DNA of 54,026 nucleotides, taken from an uncultured virus (IMG/VR IMGVR_UViG_3300009826_000018). Lineage: Duplodnaviria; Heunggongvirae; Uroviricota; Caudoviricetes. How positions within the stretch are numbered: position 1 is the first letter of the stretch; each line of letters begins with the position of its first letter. Positions 48,418 to 54,026 of the stretch are shown in pieces. The stretch is taken from positions 62,001 through 116,026 of IMG/VR virus record IMGVR_UViG_3300009826_000018; one strand, given 5' to 3'. Both the position numbers and the translations under genes were made by a program. The notes below the pieces were generated by a model. The model had not been told where the DNA came from. It was given only the letters and a program-made list of their open reading frames with translations, and searched no databases.

Positions 48418-48732
48418 TTATTTTTTACTGAATAATTTGGATAAAAATGATTTGGGTTCTTCAAGGTCTGCTCTTGGATATGGGTTTCGTTCTTCCCATT
48501 CCAATTGTTCAGGTGTCTTTACATATCCTTTATTTGTAATTGGTGTTTTACCAACAGCCTTTTCTCTGTCTTTCCACCACTTGTTGCGGGCTTTTCTCTG
48601 TCTTTCTTCTGCGGCATATTTCTTTTCCATTTCTTTTTTACCCAAATTACGATAGGTTGAGTAAGCACCACCCAACAAACTTTCAACTAATATTTGCAAC
48701 TGACCTTCGGATATGATAATTTTTTTACCCAT
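48418..48732 (-). CDS. Small basic hypothetical late/virion protein
   Basis: Starts MGKKIIISEGQLQILVES. Confidence 0.7.
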   Translation of the reverse strand: MGKKIIISEGQLQILVESLLGGAYSTYRNLGKKEMEKKYAAEERQRKARNKWWKDREKAVGKTPITNKGYVKTPEQLEWEERNPYPRADLEEPKSFLSKLFSKK

Positions 48733-48738
48733 TGTGTT

Positions 48739-50085
48739 TTACTTTTTAAATTCGTCAAGTAAGTCTTGTTTTGTTACTATTTTATAGTACTCAATACCTT
48801 CTTTAACAAAGTAATCGTTCAATCTTTGGTCTTCAGCAACCTCTTCGCTTTTGTCAACTATCAATTCTTTTTTAGCGGCGTTCTTTATCACGAGATTTTT
48901 GTCTTTTGGCGCATTTTCACTCAATCTTAATAGAGATAACATTTGCGCTTGTCTTTCAGAAATAATAATAGTTCTACCCATGGTTTTATGTTCTAATTTA
49001 GGTTTTATTTTCTTTGGTTTTGGTATAATTCGAGCGGCGATCAAAATATTTTTAATTTCATCCATTCCTTCGCCATCAACTAATTTTGCTAATATGGTTC
49101 CAAGTTTAGGTGCAAACTTACCCTTTACTCTTTTCTGTTCAAGTGGATCAACTTCTTGTCCTTCCGCCTCAATTGCTGTGTGTACAAGACCACTATCTTT
49201 GATTAACACTGCGTATAATATTAGTAAATTAACAGGAATATAATCTTTAGGATCGGTATCGTCACCCCTATTTTTTATCTTGGTTTTAGTATCACTTTGT
49301 TTTGCTAATGAATTAACAATCTCTTTTTTAATACCCAAATCAGGACTACCCCCGTCAAGAATTTTGTTTATTTCTTTCTTCAACAATGCCCCAATAAAGT
49401 TTTGGTTTTCGGGTAATCCCATCATATTTCCTATTGCTTCCGCTTTAGAATCTATACCCGACATTTTATTGTGATAATTCACAAGATTTGGGTCCATTGT
49501 TCTTTCAAGTTTTTTCTTTTTGTTTAAACCCTTATCCATAGCGGTAGTGGATAACAACGTATCAAACTCCCTCAACCTTATTTTCATATCTTCGGGTAGT
49601 GGTGAACGTCTTGCTAAAGCATTTTTCAATATAACTCCAAGTCCACCCAACGCTTGCTGTGTAAGAAAATCGGGGTCTTGATAAACTTCTTCAATAATAT
49701 CAAAATCCTTATCGGTAAATGGAACATTTGCTGCAAGATCAAATATATCTTTTTGTAAATACACCGTTCTTAACCAATTATTGTCTTTCACACCTTTTGT
49801 AAACACATCTACCCAAGTGTGGTAACGTTGTGCTGTTGAAGTTTTATATTCATTCAAAGTTGAAGCGTTATCCCTTTCACGCCAAGCATATAGTGTTGTT
49901 GAAGTATTTGGTTGCCCTGAAACTGTTATGTTATTATCATCACCCAATGTTTCAACCGCATTATCAACTTGGGTTTTTACATCTTCGTCTTTATCTTTGT
50001 CAATCACAATTTCTACCTTTCCCTTGTCATCCTCATTCAACGTAATTTCTTTGAGTTCACCAATTATTTTCGGTATAATTTTCAT
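48739..50085 (-). CDS. Hypothetical late/virion protein
   Basis: 448 aa; TLNED, TLNEY and internal MGRTIIISERQAQMLSLLRLSEN. Confidence 0.75.
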   Translation of the reverse strand: MKIIPKIIGELKEITLNEDDKGKVEIVIDKDKDEDVKTQVDNAVETLGDDNNITVSGQPNTSTTLYAWRERDNASTLNEYKTSTAQRYHTWVDVFTKGVKDNNWLRTVYLQKDIFDLAANVPFTDKDFDIIEEVYQDPDFLTQQALGGLGVILKNALARRSPLPEDMKIRLREFDTLLSTTAMDKGLNKKKKLERTMDPNLVNYHNKMSGIDSKAEAIGNMMGLPENQNFIGALLKKEINKILDGGSPDLGIKKEIVNSLAKQSDTKTKIKNRGDDTDPKDYIPVNLLILYAVLIKDSGLVHTAIEAEGQEVDPLEQKRVKGKFAPKLGTILAKLVDGEGMDEIKNILIAARIIPKPKKIKPKLEHKTMGRTIIISERQAQMLSLLRLSENAPKDKNLVIKNAAKKELIVDKSEEVAEDQRLNDYFVKEGIEYYKIVTKQDLLDEFKK

Positions 50086-50100
50086 GTTAATTTATTTTTA

Positions 50101-50126
50101 TATAAATAGCATTGAAACTATTTATA
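50101..50126. promoter_or_regulatory. Divergent pair of late promoters (inverted CTATTTATA x2)
   Basis: TATAAATAG-cattgaaa-CTATTTATA between the divergent genes at 50085(-) and 50145(+). Confidence 0.7.
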
Positions 50127-50144
50127 ATAAAATAAATATTGTCA

Positions 50145-51299
50145 ATGATAACGAATGAACAGAAAAGTCTTTTTGAGTATGTGAGAATGAACATGGGTGC
50201 GCCCCTAGTCATTGTCCCCATTACAGACGACCAACTCTGTGTTCTTATGGATTTCTGTGTTAATGAATACCAAAAACACATGAATCAGTTTTTGATAACC
50301 CAAAACTTTGCGCAAGTATATGGTAAGAATATTCTGAATGAAAATGATTTAGCATGGAAACTAACATTCCGAAACTTTGATTATGCAAAACAATTCAGTT
50401 ATTTCTTTTCAAAGGAAAAGGGGTTACAAGCACAAGGACCATACGAACTAAAAAAGGATTACTTTTTGGTGGAAAAGGGTAAACAGAGTTATGTGATACC
50501 GGCTGGTAGGGCGATCAATAGTGTATTATATGTAACACCAAACACAACAGACCCAGCATTAATGAGTGGAGTAGGTGGTTTTGGTGGTGCAGAAGGACAA
50601 ATATCGGGTTTTGGTGGTATTGGTGCAGGTGCTTATGGTATAAGTGGTTCATTCGGTATGCCCGGAATGGGTGCTTCTACATACAGTGGTGCGGGTGTTG
50701 GTGGTGCTTTTATGATGCCAGCCTATGATTTCACCCTTTTGGCAGCAGATATGAATATGAAACAAAAATTAACCGGAAGAGAATTGGTGTATAAAATTAC
50801 AGCAATGGAAAGTGGTGAACATATTATCCACATTTACGGTGATAAATTTTGGCAAAGCCCCCATTTCTTCGGTAGGGGAAGACAATGTGCTGTGTGGTAC
50901 ACTTATTATGATAGTACTGATCCGGATGAGTGTGCGAGAGTAAATTCCGAAGTTATGTTGTCACCCGATCAATATCCCATATCTTCAAGAAAATATGAAT
51001 TTATGAACGCCAACGCCAAACAAACCATTCAAGCATTGTTAGCAGCAAAAGCAAAACAAGTGGTTGGTTATACAAAAGGTTATGCAAGTGGTGAAATAAA
51101 GATTGATGACGCAGTAATGAAATTAGATTACACTATGTTTATCAATGACGGAAAAGCGGAATGGGAAAAAGAAATACAAGCGTTGGATACTTGGTTAGAA
51201 ACTCTATTACCACACCACTTGTTAGCTAAACAAAAAGAAATGATTGAAAGTATGCGCGCAATTATGAGTGGTACACCATTGCAAATATATGTGTATTAA
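50145..51299 (+). CDS. Neck/head-completion protein (T4 gp13-like) with Gly-rich insertion
   Basis: LFEYVRMNMGAPLVIVPITDDQL N-terminus; A.AK..VG..KG...LDY...GK.E C-terminus ending PLQIYVY. Confidence 0.7.
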   Translation: MITNEQKSLFEYVRMNMGAPLVIVPITDDQLCVLMDFCVNEYQKHMNQFLITQNFAQVYGKNILNENDLAWKLTFRNFDYAKQFSYFFSKEKGLQAQGPYELKKDYFLVEKGKQSYVIPAGRAINSVLYVTPNTTDPALMSGVGGFGGAEGQISGFGGIGAGAYGISGSFGMPGMGASTYSGAGVGGAFMMPAYDFTLLAADMNMKQKLTGRELVYKITAMESGEHIIHIYGDKFWQSPHFFGRGRQCAVWYTYYDSTDPDECARVNSEVMLSPDQYPISSRKYEFMNANAKQTIQALLAAKAKQVVGYTKGYASGEIKIDDAVMKLDYTMFINDGKAEWEKEIQALDTWLETLLPHHLLAKQKEMIESMRAIMSGTPLQIYVY

Positions 51300-51323
51300 T
51301 AAAAATAATGTAAATTAGAAATT

Positions 51324-53030
51324 ATGTTAAAGATAAAAACATTCGCAAATAAATCGTCAACCATAGTATTCGATAGCAATAATAACTTCGGAGCCAATCC
51401 GATTCTATCCGCTTTCTATGGTCGTGGTGGGTTTAGTCGCATATTAATACAATTCAAACTTGATTATATTCGCCAATTTGTACAAGATAAAACCTTTCCC
51501 GATTTATGTAAAATGAAACACACGTTGAAAATGTGGAATTGTGGAAATATGGATTTCCGCAGTTATACTTCCCCATGTCCAACGATTAACTTACAAACAG
51601 CAGCCCGCGCACAAAGTTTTGAACTTATTATGTTCAAAATTCCACAATATTGGGATAACGGTCGAGGATATGATGCCGATAACATTAACCATGTCAGCAC
51701 AACATTATGTGGAACCAACCTATTCGACCAACATATCAGTTGTGACGGTGTAACTTGGCATCAAGCAAGAACAGAATGGCAATGGGGTGTGGGTATTTTG
51801 GGGCACTATGACCACCTTTTATTCAAACCGGAACGAGAATATTTTAGATTAGACGAAGAAAATAGAAGTAGTAATTTAGACGAATTAAATCTTATTCAAC
51901 TTAATTATATTTACGATAAATACGGAAACGTTTTATACCCAATAGAAGAATCATTTCCTTACGAAGGAGTTTCAAAAGGAATTTATTCAGAAAAATTTCT
52001 TGAAGAACAATATTTTAGATTTAATAATAACCAATCAAGTGTTATTTTAAGGTCAAAACATTTTGAATATGGTAACGAAAACCTTACGTGGGACATATCA
52101 GACATAATTACCGATTGGTTAATTAGAGAAAACCCATATAATTTAGTAAATCACAGATTCGCAATATGTTTTGCACCCGAATATAATAAAATAATGTGTG
52201 ATATTCCACAGTGTATCAACTTCTTCGGACATAATTGTAGTAATTTCTTTGAACCCTATATTGAAACCTCTTATGAGGATACCATTTTAGATGATAGACA
52301 AAATTTTCATTTAGATATTCCGAATAGACTTTACTTTTATTTTAATCGTATGGGTCATGGTATTAATTTGAATTGGAAAAAGTCTGAAAAACCTGTGTGT
52401 ACAATAACAGGAACATTGGAAGATGGTAGTGAATATGTGGAAACACCCGAAGTTCACCAAGCAACAAAGGGGGTTTATTATGTGGATGTTGAATTATCAG
52501 AAGGTGATACAAGTGCCAATCGTATGTTTTATGACGAATGGTCCAATCTTTCATATTACGATTGTAAGAAAGATAAAAACATAAATGTCGCAGATAAAAC
52601 ATTAGAATTTACCACAAGAGACCCTGACGAATTATATTCATACGGTGATAATGATTCTATGCCGAAAAAATATTCGGTAACTTGTAGTGGGATAAGTTAT
52701 AATGAAAAGGTAAGAAGAGATGATGGTATTCGCAAACTTATGTTTGAATTTGCGTTACAATACACATATAATCAAGTAGCACTTATTGACGAAGCAAAGT
52801 GTATGCTTTTTATAAAAGACGGATATAACAAAATTATTGATGTGTGGGAAGATTGGCAACCAATCAACCGAACATTCAATTCAAATTATATTCTATTTGA
52901 TTGTCAATCTTATCTTCCAAACAAATATTATTTAGATGTTATTACGACCTCGAATGGTGAGGTAAAACGACACGTAGAGGTTTTAAGTTTTGATATTATT
53001 TCAAATGAAACGGGAGGGCATTATGTATAA
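51324..53030 (+). CDS. Probable virion structural protein (DNRLRE-like N-terminal domain plus beta-sandwich domains)
   Basis: NFG..IL...SRILIQF...W..G...TW...W...DISDIITDW...P.IE..Y pattern; follows the neck gene. Confidence 0.55.
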   Translation: MLKIKTFANKSSTIVFDSNNNFGANPILSAFYGRGGFSRILIQFKLDYIRQFVQDKTFPDLCKMKHTLKMWNCGNMDFRSYTSPCPTINLQTAARAQSFELIMFKIPQYWDNGRGYDADNINHVSTTLCGTNLFDQHISCDGVTWHQARTEWQWGVGILGHYDHLLFKPEREYFRLDEENRSSNLDELNLIQLNYIYDKYGNVLYPIEESFPYEGVSKGIYSEKFLEEQYFRFNNNQSSVILRSKHFEYGNENLTWDISDIITDWLIRENPYNLVNHRFAICFAPEYNKIMCDIPQCINFFGHNCSNFFEPYIETSYEDTILDDRQNFHLDIPNRLYFYFNRMGHGINLNWKKSEKPVCTITGTLEDGSEYVETPEVHQATKGVYYVDVELSEGDTSANRMFYDEWSNLSYYDCKKDKNINVADKTLEFTTRDPDELYSYGDNDSMPKKYSVTCSGISYNEKVRRDDGIRKLMFEFALQYTYNQVALIDEAKCMLFIKDGYNKIIDVWEDWQPINRTFNSNYILFDCQSYLPNKYYLDVITTSNGEVKRHVEVLSFDIISNETGGHYV

Positions 53031-53427
53031 TGGCACTGATTATCTAAAACGATTTAACGAATTATCTGCTTACAACCGCCAAAGAGGTGTAATAAAAGAA
53101 GAGCGGAATCAGTTGGATATGGTAAAAAAAATTGTGAAATTTTTAAATGATAATTATACTCCCGGTGAAACCACCACAGTAACTATTGATGGACGCGTTA
53201 CCAAAAAAAAGGTTATCGGTATACGAGCAAATGATAGTAAAAACATAAATTTAATGGTTGCACAAATCTCACCATTAGATGTTTTCTTTCGTGTTGAAGA
53301 AGAATTTAAAGGTGATATTGAAAAATCCAAAAAGCGGGATATATTTTTGAAGAACGTGATAATTGATTGGTTCAATGGGTTCGATGGTTTAAAAAATGGT
53401 ATCCTTTCAAAAAATTTATCATACTAA
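53023..53427 (+). CDS. Hypothetical protein
   Basis: ORF overlapping the upstream stop; leader RFNELSAY...VIKEE. Confidence 0.7.
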   Translation: MYNGTDYLKRFNELSAYNRQRGVIKEERNQLDMVKKIVKFLNDNYTPGETTTVTIDGRVTKKKVIGIRANDSKNINLMVAQISPLDVFFRVEEEFKGDIEKSKKRDIFLKNVIIDWFNGFDGLKNGILSKNLSY

Positions 53428-53505
53428 ATGGTAATTCCTGTTGTTTTATTGCAACAAAAACAGTTTTTTTGTAGAAAATAATAATAATAATTTAATTGTT
53501 ATATA

Positions 53506-54026
53506 ATGGATAATAATGAAATGGTAACTCCTCATGTAAATGAAAATGTGAGTGTTCTTGAGGAAACGATAAAGTACTTCAATGGTGATAAAAATGTCGC
53601 AAACATTTTTTCAGAAAAATACTCCTTTAATAAATCTGAAACACCACGTCAAGTCTATTTAAGAGAAGCAAATGAACTCGCTAAAATCGAATATAGATAT
53701 GAAAAAAACATAACAAAAGAAATATGGGATAAATTAACCCCATACGGCAAACACCGATATCGTTATATAGGTGATAACGATAATACTGATCGTAAGGAAA
53801 TGTGGAGTAAAATTTTTGATCTATTATATGGTCAAGAAATTTGTTCGGGTGGTTCAGTGACTTCAACAGTAGGAACCGGCGAATTATCTTCTATATCCAA
53901 CTGTACGGTTATAGAATCACCACACGATTCCCTTATTGGTCTCAATAGAAGTGCAATGGAAATGCAACTTTTAGCAAAAAGACGTTGTGGTGTTGGTATG
54001 GATATATCAACTATCAGACCCGAAGG
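53506..54026 (+). CDS. nrdJ: Ribonucleotide reductase large subunit, probably class II (adenosylcobalamin-dependent); 5' partial
   Basis: Manual translation MDNNE...YFNGDKNVANIFSEKY...ETP...SSISNCTVIESPHDS...KRRCGVGMDISTIRPE; runs off the window. Confidence 0.8.
   Translation, partial: MDNNEMVTPHVNENVSVLEETIKYFNGDKNVANIFSEKYSFNKSETPRQVYLREANELAKIEYRYEKNITKEIWDKLTPYGKHRYRYIGDNDNTDRKEMWSKIFDLLYGQEICSGGSVTSTVGTGELSSISNCTVIESPHDSLIGLNRSAMEMQLLAKRRCGVGMDISTIRPE

Noticed and set aside
12370..50109. T4-type TATAAATA late promoters on the plus strand
   Set aside because: Orientation fits the reverse complement: the neighbouring structural-type genes are on the minus strand, and the plus-strand neck gene has CTATTTATA in sense.
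22155..50160. Three late genes start MIT(N/Q)E (terL, 870-aa protein, neck)
   Set aside because: The match is too short and is compatible with A/T-rich codon bias after the start codon.
53437..53470. Possible terminator before nrdJ
   Set aside because: The stem is weak, AT-rich and imperfect, so it is not supportable.
12480..54026. Stop-codon reassignment as in some large Bacteroidota phages
   Set aside because: Conserved genes are full length in the standard code, and TAA, TGA and TAG all end genes at tight junctions.
1..54026. tRNA, rRNA or other structured RNA genes
   Set aside because: Intergenic gaps are short and AT-rich and no cloverleaf or T-loop signature was seen; a covariance-model search would be needed to exclude them fully.

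Overview
AT-rich, densely coding 54 kb segment of a large (jumbo-type) tailed dsDNA phage in the standard genetic code. The host is most likely Bacteroidota: there are no clear Shine-Dalgarno sites, TAnnTTTG-like promoters are present, the sigma factors are short and lack region 1.1, and the NrdJ resembles the Bacteroidota type. The left 12.3 kb is one minus-strand ORF that the ORF track missed because it runs off the window edge (ATG at 12323, >4100 aa). It contains about 46 tandem He_PIG/Ig-like repeats and two PEGA-like domains, with a cysteine pattern that suggests disulfide staples between domains. The plus strand carries replication and metabolism genes: DnaB helicase, SbcC and SbcD, RNA ligase, family B DNA polymerase, three DNA methyltransferases, DHFR, ThyA, a phosphatase, methylglyoxal synthase, two sigma70 factors, ParB, DnaJ, a Nudix hydrolase and a partial NrdJ. 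Probable late/virion units (giant Ig protein, 870-aa protein plus terminase, WYL-like pair, three-gene cluster, neck operon) are each preceded by a CTATTTAT motif. Several of these proteins share a 'KKIIISExQ' and (I/L)NE leader that may be a head-packaging or protease-maturation signal. All calls are by-eye motif recognition; no searches were run.
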